Notes: generated by a model not told the origin, from the letters alone. A stretch of DNA of 64,000 bases from Alistipes sp. (GCA_045588005.1 JAZNDK010000015.1:7137-71136), one strand, 5' to 3'. Counted from the first letter of the stretch, positions 1 to 9,824 are shown. Translations and numbers: made by a program.

Positions 1-609
1 CTCCTGCATGTCGCTCGCGTCGAGTACTGCGGCAAACTCCTCCTTGAAGTTGGGGTACTGCTTGACGATGAAACGCTGCATAAGGCGTGTCGATACGATA
101 CATCCTATAAATGCACCCAACAAACCGATGAATGGCTCAACGAAGTAGCCCTGCGATATCATAAATACGATAACGAGCAGACCCATACCGAAGGCCGTAC
201 CGAAGTTCGTGAGCGAGATAAACTGATACTTCTTAAAGTAGGTGCTGAACCTCTTATCCTTGGCCAGCGAGATAATCGCGGGGTTGTCCGAGAGGAAGGT
301 CATCACCGCTCCCAAAGAGGCTACGCCCGGGAGGTTGAACAGCGGCTTCATCAAGGGGCGCAACAGACGCTCCAAGAGGCCGACAACGCCAAACTCTACG
401 AAGATGCGACCCAGCGCACCTGTGATAACGCAGATAGCCATAAGATAGAAAACGGTGTTGAGCAACAGGTCGTGCGCCGTCTTCATAATGGTGTTGAGCA
501 TGTTGGGAAGACCCATTACCGAGCCTATGCCGCCAAATATGCCAACCACAATAGCGAGGCAGATGATGCCTCCCAGGTACTTCTTAATACCTTGCTTCTG
601 ATTCTCCAT
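1..609 (-). CDS. Polytopic membrane protein, nucleoside-recognition (Gate) domain transporter-like, CD0519/CD1768-like; runs off window start
   Basis: Not in ORF track; hand translation from ATG at 609 gives MENQKQGIKKYLGGIICLAIVVGIFGG...LFNLPGVASLGAVMTFLSDNPAIISLAKD...LTNFGTAFGMG; hydrophobic. Confidence 0.75.
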   Translation of the reverse strand, partial: MENQKQGIKKYLGGIICLAIVVGIFGGIGSVMGLPNMLNTIMKTAHDLLLNTVFYLMAICVITGALGRIFVEFGVVGLLERLLRPLMKPLFNLPGVASLGAVMTFLSDNPAIISLAKDKRFSTYFKKYQFISLTNFGTAFGMGLLVIVFMISQGYFVEPFIGLLGAFIGCIVSTRLMQRFIVKQYPNFKEEFAAVLDASDMQE

Positions 610-629
610 ATCGATTTAGGTTTTTGTTG

Positions 630-1766
630 TTACAAACTCGATTCGCGCTTCGACTGCACCTTGCCGATAATGTTGTGTACCGCCTTCATAACGTCGATCT
701 TCCATGTTAGGCCCACCGTAAAGAACGAACCCTTGTTGAGAGCCGTACCCGCGGGGTTGCCATTCGTACCCATGCTATATACGTAGGCTGCGTGCAGACG
801 TATGTCGCGGTTGCCCTTACCGCCCAAGGGGTAGTACTCGACACCACCACCTACGCGCGTAAGATCGGTATTGGGCCACACACAAAGGCCCTCGGCATAG
901 TTGCTACCTACCTTATCGTAGGTAACCTTAGCAAAGATATTCACACGCTGGGCAACGAGGTATGACACCTCACCCATAATCGAGAAGTTCTCGAAGAGAA
1001 GCTCGCGAGCCGACACACCGCGATTCATAAGGTCGAGCTGGATGGTTGCATCGCCAAACTTAAATTGGTTGCCAAGCACCACATAGGCATCATACTTGCC
1101 CGGAGCATACTGCGAGAAGTTTACCGAGTGGAGAGCCGTATAGAAGCCGTGCGAACCCATCCAGTAGAGGTTGTAGGCATAGTAGTCGGTAGCCGCAGTG
1201 TCGTAGGGGCTCTGACACACCTGAAAGGTGAGCGTATCATTACCCTTGTTTGTTGTGAATGCCACGCTTGCACCGAGCTGGAAGCAGCTGACATTGTTCC
1301 AATACTCCGAGCAGAAGTAGATGTCGATAGGTGCTCGGTCATACTCCCAGCCACCAATCATCACCACCTGCTTACCTGCCGAGATAGCCAAATTCTTAAT
1401 CGGCTTGTAGGTTAGATGCAGCCAATCCATGTTGTTTACAAAGTCGCTTGCCGAGTTTACCTTGCTGAAACGCTGACGCCACGAGTAGGTAAAGCCCTTG
1501 GCAATCTGACCATCCATGCGGAGATTAAGGTAGCGCACCTTAAAGCCCGAAGCGGCGTCGATCTTCTCGCCTGCAAGAGCCTCGTTCAGATAGTCGAAAC
1601 GCGCCTCTACACCGAGACGGAAGATGTCGTTACTGTCGCCATACTCGTCGTCGGAGCCCTGCTGAGCCGAAGCATAGCCAAAGCTTATCACAGCCAAAAC
1701 GAGGCAGACAACTTTCAGTAAAATGTTGCCCACAGCAACACTCTTAGAGTTAGTAGTCTTCTTCAT
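630..1766 (-). CDS. Outer-membrane porin-like beta-barrel protein (OprO/OprP-like)
   Basis: Signal peptide ending ASA-Q, alternating aromatic beta-strands, ISAGKQ...GGWEYD motif; start moved to MKKTT (ORF track 1796). Confidence 0.7.
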   Translation of the reverse strand: MKKTTNSKSVAVGNILLKVVCLVLAVISFGYASAQQGSDDEYGDSNDIFRLGVEARFDYLNEALAGEKIDAASGFKVRYLNLRMDGQIAKGFTYSWRQRFSKVNSASDFVNNMDWLHLTYKPIKNLAISAGKQVVMIGGWEYDRAPIDIYFCSEYWNNVSCFQLGASVAFTTNKGNDTLTFQVCQSPYDTAATDYYAYNLYWMGSHGFYTALHSVNFSQYAPGKYDAYVVLGNQFKFGDATIQLDLMNRGVSARELLFENFSIMGEVSYLVAQRVNIFAKVTYDKVGSNYAEGLCVWPNTDLTRVGGGVEYYPLGGKGNRDIRLHAAYVYSMGTNGNPAGTALNKGSFFTVGLTWKIDVMKAVHNIIGKVQSKRESSL

Positions 1767-1804
1767 TATCAAATAGGTTTTTGTATTCTGTCCCAAATAA
1801 TATA

Positions 1805-1812
1805 CAAATATA
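1805..1812 (-). promoter_or_regulatory. Bacteroidetes sigma-A -7 box (TATATTTG) for the porin/transporter pair
   Basis: Exact TAnnTTTG on the minus strand; CTTG 19 nt upstream. Confidence 0.6.
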
Positions 1813-1871
1813 CGAAAAACAAATCTATTTGCAAGCCATTAAGCGTTAAAAAGTATTTGTTACGCTATTTT

Positions 1872-1902
1872 TTTGGTGATAAAAAAATATTGATTATCTT
1901 TG
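1872..1902 (+). promoter_or_regulatory. Bacteroidetes promoter TTTG-N19-TATCTTTG for the tRNA
   Basis: Exact -33/-7 consensus 23 nt upstream of the tRNA. Confidence 0.75.
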
Positions 1903-1925
1903 CACCCACAAAACGAGAAATCGTT

Positions 1926-1999
<74 letters not shown>

Positions 2000-2000
2000 C

Positions 2001-2033
2001 AAAGGCAGTTACTGCGGTAGCTGTCTTTTTTTT
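2001..2033 (+). terminator. Intrinsic terminator after the tRNA
   Basis: AGGCAGTTAC-TGCG-GTAGCTGTCT stem followed by a T run. Confidence 0.8.
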
Positions 2034-2223
2034 GCAAATCTTACAGCCTACGGTCTTGGTGAGTTATACTGGTTCACAAGAGAATACCCACCGAACCTAT
2101 CTGACCTATTTGACCTACCCGACCTATCTCCCTCGGTAATAGGAGCGTTAAAAAAGGTTTTTTAGTAAAATTATTGATATAATTGGAAATTTTTTCATAT
2201 CTTTATGCCAAATATTTGGAGGA

Positions 2224-3063
2224 GTGTCAGGCAAATGTAGTAACATATTCTGCGAATTGTTGGCTGTCAGCACTATAGCTGTCGCCTCGTTTTGTGTGCA
2301 GTACTTTGTCGGCGACCTACCCGTAGAGCTGTTTCGCTTTCCGCTCAACGTTATAATCATGGCGTTATGGGGTGTGGCTTTGGCTTGGCTATATCGCAAT
2401 AGGAGCAGTTCGGCAATTGCCGCATCGTTACTATCGATGCGTGCAACGACTCTCGCGCTGGGGCTAATGATTGCCCTCGGCATAATCTTCGGATTAGAGC
2501 TATCGCCACAAACGACAGCGTGGCCGGCAGTGGTTGCTATACTCTTCATTCTCACACACTTAGCATTGGTCACACTTCGAGAAGCTCGCGCCACTGACGG
2601 AAGGCTTCGCCCACGCTTTATCCTCAACCACGCAGGACTGCTACTCGCCCTTGGCGCAGGATTTTGGGGAGCCCCCGATAGAGTGGAGCTACGCGCTGTA
2701 GTCGAGCGCGACAAGCCCACAAACGTAGCCTTCACCCAAAGTCACAGCACTACACTCCTTGACTACGATATGCAGCTCGACGACTTCCGAATAGAGTATT
2801 TCGCCTCGGGAGCACCATCGCTCTTCGAGGCCGATGTGCGCATTGACCAAAAGAGTGTTACGCTGCGTGTAAACCACCCTTACAACCGCACTCCGAGCGA
2901 GACCGTATATCTTCTAAGCTACGATAGCGAACGACCTAACGACGCCCGCTACTGCATTGTGGAGATTGTGCGCGAGCCGTGGAGGTGGCTATCGGTTGCG
3001 GGTATAGCTTTGCTCGCCGCAGGTGCAGTGCTTATGTTTGTTCAAGGTAAACCCAAGAGATAG
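2224..3063 (+). CDS. Cytochrome c biogenesis protein ResB/Ccs1-like (System II)
   Basis: Several TM helices, LNHAGL His motif, LRVNHPY, C-terminal VREPW...G..LL..GA..MF; start codon uncertain (GTG). Confidence 0.8.
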   Translation: MSGKCSNIFCELLAVSTIAVASFCVQYFVGDLPVELFRFPLNVIIMALWGVALAWLYRNRSSSAIAASLLSMRATTLALGLMIALGIIFGLELSPQTTAWPAVVAILFILTHLALVTLREARATDGRLRPRFILNHAGLLLALGAGFWGAPDRVELRAVVERDKPTNVAFTQSHSTTLLDYDMQLDDFRIEYFASGAPSLFEADVRIDQKSVTLRVNHPYNRTPSETVYLLSYDSERPNDARYCIVEIVREPWRWLSVAGIALLAAGAVLMFVQGKPKR

Positions 3064-3067
3064 GCGT

Positions 3068-3850
3068 ATGGAGCTTGGTTGGAACATATTTCCCGTTGTA
3101 GCCGCCGTGGCTACGCTACTCTCGGTTGTCGGCGCATTATGCGCAGCACTACCTGCCGAGCGTGGCAGAGGGCTGGCTATCGTCTCGACTCTTGGCGGCA
3201 TCGTAACCCTTGCGGCCTTCGTCGTTATGCTATGGGTTACACTCGACCGACCGCCACTTCGCACCATGGGCGAGACACGCCTTTGGTACTCGCTATTTCT
3301 GCTTGTTGCAGGCCTTATCACCTATTCGCGTTGGCGTTACCGCTGGATTATGGGCTTCTCGACACTGCTTGCCGCGGTATTTATGATTATAAATATCGCT
3401 AAGCCCGAGCTACACGACCATACGCTGATGCCCGCCTTGCAGAGCCCGTGGTTTGTGCCCCATGTCGCGGTATATATGTTCTCCTATGCGTTGCTCGGCT
3501 GTGCCACGCTCCTCTCGCTCTATGCCCTATGGCGACCGAGCACCGACTTAGATCGGGCTATCGAGCGAGTGATGAGCTCGGGTATCGCCTTCTTCACTAT
3601 CGGCATGCTCTCGGGGTCGCTTTGGGCCAAGGAGGCGTGGGGAACCTATTGGAATTGGGACCCAAAGGAGGCGTGGGCAGCAGCTACTTGGGGGCTCTAC
3701 CTACTTGCATTGCACCTTACGCCGCAACGTAAGAGGCTCTACTACGGAGTGATTATCGCCGCCTTCCTCGCATTGCAGATGTGCTGGTGGGGCGTGAACT
3801 ACCTCCCCTCGGCCAAGAATAGCGAGCACACCTACACAATGCAGAAATAA
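3068..3850 (+). CDS. ccsA: Cytochrome c biogenesis protein CcsA/ResC
   Basis: WWD-domain motif WAKEAWGTYWNWDPKE, PALQSPWFVPHV, terminal HTY. Confidence 0.92.
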   Translation: MELGWNIFPVVAAVATLLSVVGALCAALPAERGRGLAIVSTLGGIVTLAAFVVMLWVTLDRPPLRTMGETRLWYSLFLLVAGLITYSRWRYRWIMGFSTLLAAVFMIINIAKPELHDHTLMPALQSPWFVPHVAVYMFSYALLGCATLLSLYALWRPSTDLDRAIERVMSSGIAFFTIGMLSGSLWAKEAWGTYWNWDPKEAWAAATWGLYLLALHLTPQRKRLYYGVIIAAFLALQMCWWGVNYLPSAKNSEHTYTMQK

Positions 3851-3893
3851 AAGAAACGAATATTATAGGACAAAGTTAATAACCTAAAATATT

Positions 3894-5339
3894 ATGAATA
3901 TGAAGAAGTTAAAACTATTATTGGGCGTGACACTTGCTGTTGTCGCTCTCTTGGTTGCAGCCTACCGTATCGTAAATCGAGTTCCGGCCGCAGAGCTGCC
4001 GCTCGAGCAGCGCGTATTGGCTATCTTGGAGGATGGAGGATGCCTCAGTTGCCACTCGGCAAACCCCGAGCTACCCTTCTACGCCTCGTTACCCTTGGCT
4101 AAGAGTGTTGTTATGAAGGATGTGGATGAGGGTTACCGCGCCTACGACATTGAGCCCCTCATGGAGGCACTCCGTAGTGGTAAGACTCCCCGCCCCGTAG
4201 ATGTTGCCAAGGTCGAGAAGGTTGCGATAGATAAGCGTATGCCCATGGCTAAGTACTACCTTATGCACTGGGGTAGCCAGATGACCGACGACAAGCGCGA
4301 CATCATCGCTCAGTGGGCTACCGACTACCGTACAGCCTACTACGCCGATGGTCTTACAGCAGAGCGTGCCGGCGAGCCCATCCGCCCCATTCAGCCCGCA
4401 ACAAATATTGACGAGCGCAAGGCGAAGCTTGGCTTCGAGCTCTTCCACGACACACGTCTGTCGATGGATAACACAATATCTTGTGCGTCGTGCCACGGTC
4501 TTAACACGGGAGGTGTCGATAACCACCAATACTCCGACGGTGTCGAGGGCCGCATGGGTGGTGTTAATGCTCCCACGGTATATAACGCAGTCTATAACTT
4601 CGTTCAGTTCTGGGATGGTCGTGCTCGCACCCTTGCAGAGCAGGCAGCAGGACCTCCCCTCAACCCCGTAGAGATGGCTTCGACGTCGTTCGACGAGATT
4701 ATAGCAAAGCTATCGGAGGATAAGCAATACGTTGCTATATTCGACTCGATATACGACGATGGCATCACCGAGGCCAACATTACAAACGCTATCGAGGAGT
4801 TCGAGCGCACGCTTGTAACCCCCAACTCACAGTTCGACAAGTGGCTTATGGGCGACAATGAGGCTTTGACAGCCGAGGAGCTTCGCGGCTACGAGCTCTT
4901 CAAGGAGTACAACTGCGCAACATGTCATGTTGGAGCAAACCTTGGCGGCGAGTCGTACGAGCTTATGGGTCTTCGTCGTCACTACTTCAAGGATCGTGGT
5001 TTGGAGCTTACTATCGAGGATAACGGTCGTTTCAAGGAGACGCAACAGGAGAGAGATCGTCACCGCTTCAAGGTTCCGGGTCTGCGTAACATCGAACTCA
5101 CATGGCCCTACTACCACGACGGCACACGTCTGACCATGGAGGAGGCTGTGCGCGATATGGCACGCTACCAGTCGGATGCCGACATCACTAACGAGGAGAA
5201 TGCTGCTATTGTCGCCTTCCTGCGCACACTCACCGGCGAGTATCAAGGCGTTAAGCTCTCTTCGGACAACGAGTATGGCGTAATCCACGTTCACGATGAC
5301 GACCATCACCATCACGACCACGACCACCATCACGAGTAG
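3894..5339 (+). CDS. ccp: Triheme cytochrome c peroxidase (YhjA-like) with His-rich C-terminal tail
   Basis: N-terminal TM; three CXXCH (CLSCH, CASCH, CATCH); NAPTVYNA, QFWDGRA, FKVPGLRNI, PYYHDG. Confidence 0.92.
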   Translation: MNMKKLKLLLGVTLAVVALLVAAYRIVNRVPAAELPLEQRVLAILEDGGCLSCHSANPELPFYASLPLAKSVVMKDVDEGYRAYDIEPLMEALRSGKTPRPVDVAKVEKVAIDKRMPMAKYYLMHWGSQMTDDKRDIIAQWATDYRTAYYADGLTAERAGEPIRPIQPATNIDERKAKLGFELFHDTRLSMDNTISCASCHGLNTGGVDNHQYSDGVEGRMGGVNAPTVYNAVYNFVQFWDGRARTLAEQAAGPPLNPVEMASTSFDEIIAKLSEDKQYVAIFDSIYDDGITEANITNAIEEFERTLVTPNSQFDKWLMGDNEALTAEELRGYELFKEYNCATCHVGANLGGESYELMGLRRHYFKDRGLELTIEDNGRFKETQQERDRHRFKVPGLRNIELTWPYYHDGTRLTMEEAVRDMARYQSDADITNEENAAIVAFLRTLTGEYQGVKLSSDNEYGVIHVHDDDHHHHDHDHHHE

Positions 5340-5392
5340 TCGGGCGAGAGGTTTATCGCAGAGATAAATATGCAGAGATAAATATTATAATG

Positions 5393-5426
5393 TAAGGGGC
5401 TGGCTAAGATTTTGGCCAGCCCCTTA
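5393..5426. repeat. REP-like palindrome copy 1 / terminator of the ccp operon
   Basis: TAAGGGGCTGGCTAA-GATT-TTGGCCAGCCCCTTA. Confidence 0.7.
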
Positions 5427-5603
5427 TCTCGCTGCAATGCAGTCGAGAAAACACCCAATAAAAACTAAAAAGATTCGATCTATTTACGGTAGCCACCCCT
5501 ACTGTCACAGCCTATAAAAAGGGGCCTACCTTTCATGGTGCAAAGATGGAGCATTATTTCCGAGTCTGCAATAGCGATAGTTTGGGATATTTTGGCTTGA
5601 CGT

Positions 5604-5651
5604 ATCCCCTGATGTGGGGATTTGTGATTTACGGAAATATTCGTACCTTTG
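5604..5651 (+). promoter_or_regulatory. Promoter TTTG-N19-TACCTTTG with abutting palindrome ATCCCC-N6-GGGGAT
   Basis: -33 at 5621-5624, -7 at 5644-5651, palindrome at 5604-5621. Confidence 0.7.
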
Positions 5652-5712
5652 CATATCGGTTATACGACAAGAGATTATTAACGATGTAAACATCTAACGG
5701 ACAACGACTAAG

Positions 5713-6411
5713 ATGACATATAGCAGAACAACGGCACTCCTATCTTCAGAGATGAAGATTTTTGAACTAATAGATGCCTATCCCTCGCTTCTATCGGTAT
5801 TCTCACGCCTCGGCATAACACTCCCTTTTGGCGACATATCGATAGAGCAGATGTGTAGGCGCGACAAGCAATCTACGGAGCTATTCTTGATGCTCTGCCG
5901 CATGCATATCGAACCCTCGTTCAGGCCACGCCCCTCGGAGCTTACGGCCGATATGCTCCTACCTGTAGTTGGCTATCTGCGTGCCACACACCGCTACTAC
6001 ACCGAGTATATGCTACCCCATGCCGGCGAGCATTTGGAGGAGATACTCGGCTTCTGCGACGAGCTGTCGCGCAATATGCTCAAACGCTTCTACAAGGAGT
6101 ATGTGCGATATATCGAGCAACATTTAGAGGAGGAGGAGAGCACCATATTCTCGGTGGTGGAGAGTGCCGCAGTAGGTTCACGTCTAAGCCTTGCAGGTTT
6201 GGAAGTGCCCCACAGCGACATCGACGACCGCACTAACGATATAGCCTCGCTTATAATCAAGTGTCTGCCCGAGACAGCACCCACAAACCTGCGCTGCGCA
6301 ATGCTCAGCCACATATACGCCCTGCGTGACGACCTACGACGCCACTACAACGTCGAGGTGGCGATGCTACGCCCGCTGATACTCCAAAACTTCAAAACCA
6401 TCGAGTCATGA
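5713..6411 (+). CDS. Hemerythrin/RIC(ScdA)-like domain protein
   Basis: SRLGI.LPFGD.SIEQMC N-terminal domain; YLRATHRYY, H..EEE, H..I, DL..H..VE pattern. Confidence 0.75.
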   Translation: MTYSRTTALLSSEMKIFELIDAYPSLLSVFSRLGITLPFGDISIEQMCRRDKQSTELFLMLCRMHIEPSFRPRPSELTADMLLPVVGYLRATHRYYTEYMLPHAGEHLEEILGFCDELSRNMLKRFYKEYVRYIEQHLEEEESTIFSVVESAAVGSRLSLAGLEVPHSDIDDRTNDIASLIIKCLPETAPTNLRCAMLSHIYALRDDLRRHYNVEVAMLRPLILQNFKTIES

Positions 6412-6983
6412 GACGCTACCGCATAGCCATCATAGAGCCTGCCTCGGTTATTGGCGAGGGCTTAGCCTCGATGCTCGCTGCAAGTGGCGAAGCCGAGATT
6501 CTCTTCTGCTGCCGCTCCATTGCCGAGGCAAAGAGTTTCACACGCAGCCACCACGAGGTGGAGCTGCTCTATGTTGCCGCAACACTTGCACCACAACTTA
6601 CGGGCCACCCTCTCTTCGACACTGTGCCGATGGTGGCTATACAGAGCACGCTGAACGATAGCGAGACTATGCGACGCTTTGCCGCCTCGGTATCCATATA
6701 CTCGACCACCGAAGAGCTTGTGCGCATCATGCACGAGACACTCGACAGAGCTGCCGAGCCGAGTTATAGCGAGAGCCACGACCTATCCGATAGAGAGCGC
6801 GATGTGCTCATACTCGTAGCTAAGGGATATACCAACAAAGAGATAGCCTCGGAGCTGAACATATCGCCACACACCGTAATCTCGCACCGCAAAAACATTG
6901 TGCATAAGACAGGTATCCGCTCGGTGGCGGGCCTCACCGTATATGCCGTGCTCAACAAACTGATAACTAACGAACACCTATAA
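6408..6983 (+). CDS. LuxR-family HTH transcriptional regulator with degenerate receiver domain
   Basis: LSDRERDVLILVAKGYTNKEIASELNISPHTVISHRKNI; ATGA overlap with upstream gene. Confidence 0.9.
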   Translation: MRRYRIAIIEPASVIGEGLASMLAASGEAEILFCCRSIAEAKSFTRSHHEVELLYVAATLAPQLTGHPLFDTVPMVAIQSTLNDSETMRRFAASVSIYSTTEELVRIMHETLDRAAEPSYSESHDLSDRERDVLILVAKGYTNKEIASELNISPHTVISHRKNIVHKTGIRSVAGLTVYAVLNKLITNEHL

Positions 6984-6987
6984 CACT

Positions 6988-7722
6988 ATGAAATTTGAAT
7001 TGTGTGCCTACTCCGTTGAGGCATGCCTTACGGCCCGCGCTCTGGGTGTCGATCGCGTAGAGCTGTGCGCTTCGCCCGCCGAGGGTGGCGTTACCCCCTC
7101 GTTAGCAACGATAAAGCGTGTTGCGGCAATCGAGGGCTTGGACCTAAGTGTGATGATCCGCCCCCGAGGTGGCGATTTCCTATACTCCGACGAGGAGTTC
7201 GCCCTGATGCTGGGTGACATAGCTGAGGCTCGCAAGGCGGGTGCTTCGGGTGTCGTCTTCGGAGTACTAACGGCTGATGGTCGCGTAGATAAGGCCCGCA
7301 CACGCACCCTTGTCGAGGCCTCAGCAGGCATGGAGACGACCTTCCACCGCGCTGTGGATATGACCGAGAACTACGAAGAGGCTGTGGAGGATATCATCGC
7401 TGCGGGATGTTGCCGCATTCTTACGTCGGGAGGCTACGACAAGGCTATCGACGGCATCGAGAATATCCGTCGCGCAGTAGCGCGTGCAAATGGCCGTATA
7501 GAGATTATGGCTGGCAGCGGCGTGGTAGCCTCTAACGCTGAGGCATTAGCCGCAATAGGCGTTGATGCTCTGCATTTTAGCGCAAAGAAGATGGTCGTTG
7601 GCGATATGCGCTACCGCAATCCGAGAATATCTATGGGAGGCTCGTCGGCCGTAGATGAGTTCTCTCTGAGGGTTGTCGATGAAGATGAGGTAAAGAGAAT
7701 AGTAAATATTGTAAAACGTTAG
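6988..7722 (+). CDS. cutC: Copper homeostasis protein CutC
   Basis: RVELC...EGGVTPS, MIRPRGGDFLY, TFHRA.D, RILTSG. Confidence 0.95.
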   Translation: MKFELCAYSVEACLTARALGVDRVELCASPAEGGVTPSLATIKRVAAIEGLDLSVMIRPRGGDFLYSDEEFALMLGDIAEARKAGASGVVFGVLTADGRVDKARTRTLVEASAGMETTFHRAVDMTENYEEAVEDIIAAGCCRILTSGGYDKAIDGIENIRRAVARANGRIEIMAGSGVVASNAEALAAIGVDALHFSAKKMVVGDMRYRNPRISMGGSSAVDEFSLRVVDEDEVKRIVNIVKR

Positions 7723-7726
7723 AGTT

Positions 7727-8938
7727 ATGAGAAGAAACCTACTACTTTTATGCGTGGGTGCTGTCGTTGCCCTCGTGGTTATTTTTTGGCCCAAGAACGA
7801 GATGAGTGCCGAGCTGGAAGAGGTCCTCGCCTCGTCATCTCGCTACGAGGAGCTTACGGAGCTATACAAGAGCACCCCTAAGAGTTCGAAGCGCGACATG
7901 GCCTTCCTGCTTGAGAATATGCCCGCAGCCGACCGCGACACCATGTCGCTCGAGCTTCTGCGCGAGAATGTGGAGTATGCGGCACGCGCCCGCGAGGAGT
8001 TCGCTTGGGCCAAGAGCCTTCCCGAGGAGGTATATCTTAGCGATGTGCTCCCCTACTTCGTTGTCGATGAGGTGCGCGACGCATGGCGTAAGCAGCTCTA
8101 CGAGCTCTTCGCCCCCGAGGTAAAAGATTGTGCGACGATGGAGGAGGCTATCAAGGTGGTTAATGGCAACCTGCCCCGCATGACAGGCGTAGATTACAAC
8201 ACGCTGCGAGAGAAGACAAATCAGAGCCCTAAGGAGTCGATGCGTCAGGGTATGGCCTCGTGTACAGGTCTCGCCATTCTGCTTGTCGATGCGTTGCGTT
8301 CGGTAGGTATCCCCTCTCGCTTTGCCGGCACAGCCTCGTGGCACGACAACCGTGGCAACCACAGCTGGACCGAGGTGTGGTTGGATGGCGAGTGGAGAGT
8401 AACGGAGTTCTACATGCCTTCGAAGCTCGACCATCTATGGTTCATGGCCGACGCAGCAAAGGCCAACGCCGAGGATCGCAACTACGCTATCTACGCCACA
8501 CACTTTGGCCCATCTGACGATTGGTTCCCTATGGTTTGGAGCGGCGAGAAAGAGGGTGATCCCGTGGAGACTCTGCCTCGCACTATCGGCGCGGAGAATG
8601 TCACCGACAGATATATCGACCTTGCCTATGAGCAATATACCCGCCACTTGAAGGCAGGCACACACACCTTCCTCCGCATTGCCGGCTATGCCGACGCCAC
8701 GAAGCGCGAGCACTCGGGCGACCGCGTAGCTATGGGTGTCGATATCTTCTACGGCACAGAGCAGATGGGCGGAGGTCTCACGGCAGGTCCTCTGCGCGAT
8801 ATGAACGACATGTTCTCGGCACTGCTACCCAAGAATTGCGACTACGAGCTACGCTACTACAACGCTGCGGGCGAGCTTGTGCGTCGTACGGTACACCTCG
8901 GCGAAGAGCCTCTCACCGTTGCCATATCGCTCAAATAG
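7727..8938 (+). CDS. Exported transglutaminase-like domain protein
   Basis: N-terminal TM/signal; ASCTGLAILL.DALRSVGIP.R and NHSWTEVW motifs. Confidence 0.85.
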   Translation: MRRNLLLLCVGAVVALVVIFWPKNEMSAELEEVLASSSRYEELTELYKSTPKSSKRDMAFLLENMPAADRDTMSLELLRENVEYAARAREEFAWAKSLPEEVYLSDVLPYFVVDEVRDAWRKQLYELFAPEVKDCATMEEAIKVVNGNLPRMTGVDYNTLREKTNQSPKESMRQGMASCTGLAILLVDALRSVGIPSRFAGTASWHDNRGNHSWTEVWLDGEWRVTEFYMPSKLDHLWFMADAAKANAEDRNYAIYATHFGPSDDWFPMVWSGEKEGDPVETLPRTIGAENVTDRYIDLAYEQYTRHLKAGTHTFLRIAGYADATKREHSGDRVAMGVDIFYGTEQMGGGLTAGPLRDMNDMFSALLPKNCDYELRYYNAAGELVRRTVHLGEEPLTVAISLK

Positions 8939-8960
8939 GATAAAAAAAAGCTGTTTTTGT

Positions 8961-8995
8961 GGGGCTGACCAAAAAAAAATTACTTGGTCAGCCCC
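8961..8995. repeat. REP-like palindrome copy 2
   Basis: GGGGCTGACCAA-loop-TTGGTCAGCCCC. Confidence 0.7.
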
Positions 8996-9092
8996 TCTCT
9001 TATTCTCTGAGTTTTCATTTATTAACATTTTTTACTATCTTTGCGCCATTATATATATGTATAAGAAAAATCAACAATAAAAACTATAAATT

Positions 9093-9824
9093 ATGGGAAG
9101 AGCATTTGAGTATCGCAAAGCGAGAAAGATGAAGCGCTGGGGACATATGGCGCGTACGTTTACCAAGATTGGAAAGGAGATTGAGATGGCCGTAAAGGCA
9201 TCGGGTCCCGACCCCTCGTCGAACCTCCGTCTCCGTCTTTTGATGCAGAACGCTAAGGCAGAGAACATGCCTAAGGAGAATGTCGAGCGTGCTATCAAGC
9301 GTGCTACAGATAAGGATTCGGCCGACTATAAGGAGATGATCTACGAGGGCTATGGCCCTCACGGTATCGCAGTTCTTGTGGAGACCGCAACCGACAACAC
9401 AAACCGCACGGTAGCCTCGGTGCGTATGTACTTCAACAAGTATGGTGGCGCACTCGGCACATCGGGTTCGGTAGGCTTCATGTTCGAGCACAAGTGCGTG
9501 TTTAAGTTCAAGCCCACAGCAGGAGCAGACCTCGAAGAGATGGAGCTCGAGATGATCGACTTTGGTGTCGATGAGTTCTACTCAGAGGAGGGCGAGGTTA
9601 CCGTATATGCCGCTTACGAGTCGTTCGGCCAGATTCAGACATGGATCGAGGATAAGGGCTACGAGCTCGTATCGGGAGAGTCTGTACGCATCCCCACCGA
9701 CCAGAAGGAGCTTACAGCCGAGCAGCGCGAGGCAGTAAACAAGCTTATCGAGCACCTCGAGGAAGACGACGACGTAACCAACGTCTATACCACAATGGCT
9801 GAGTCTGACGACGACGAGGAGTAA
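9093..9824 (+). CDS. yebC: YebC/PmpR family protein
   Basis: MGRAFEYRKARK, YEGYGPHG, TDNTNRT; -7 box TATCTTTG at 9036-9043. Confidence 0.95.
   Translation: MGRAFEYRKARKMKRWGHMARTFTKIGKEIEMAVKASGPDPSSNLRLRLLMQNAKAENMPKENVERAIKRATDKDSADYKEMIYEGYGPHGIAVLVETATDNTNRTVASVRMYFNKYGGALGTSGSVGFMFEHKCVFKFKPTAGADLEEMELEMIDFGVDEFYSEEGEVTVYAAYESFGQIQTWIEDKGYELVSGESVRIPTDQKELTAEQREAVNKLIEHLEEDDDVTNVYTTMAESDDDEE

Noticed and set aside
5358..5385. GCAGAGATAAATAT tandem duplication
   Set aside because: A single local 14-bp duplication with no further copies noticed
5480..5536. 18-codon minus-strand ORF MKGRPLFIGCDSRGGYRK
   Set aside because: Only an imperfect -7 box supports it; this length is expected by chance
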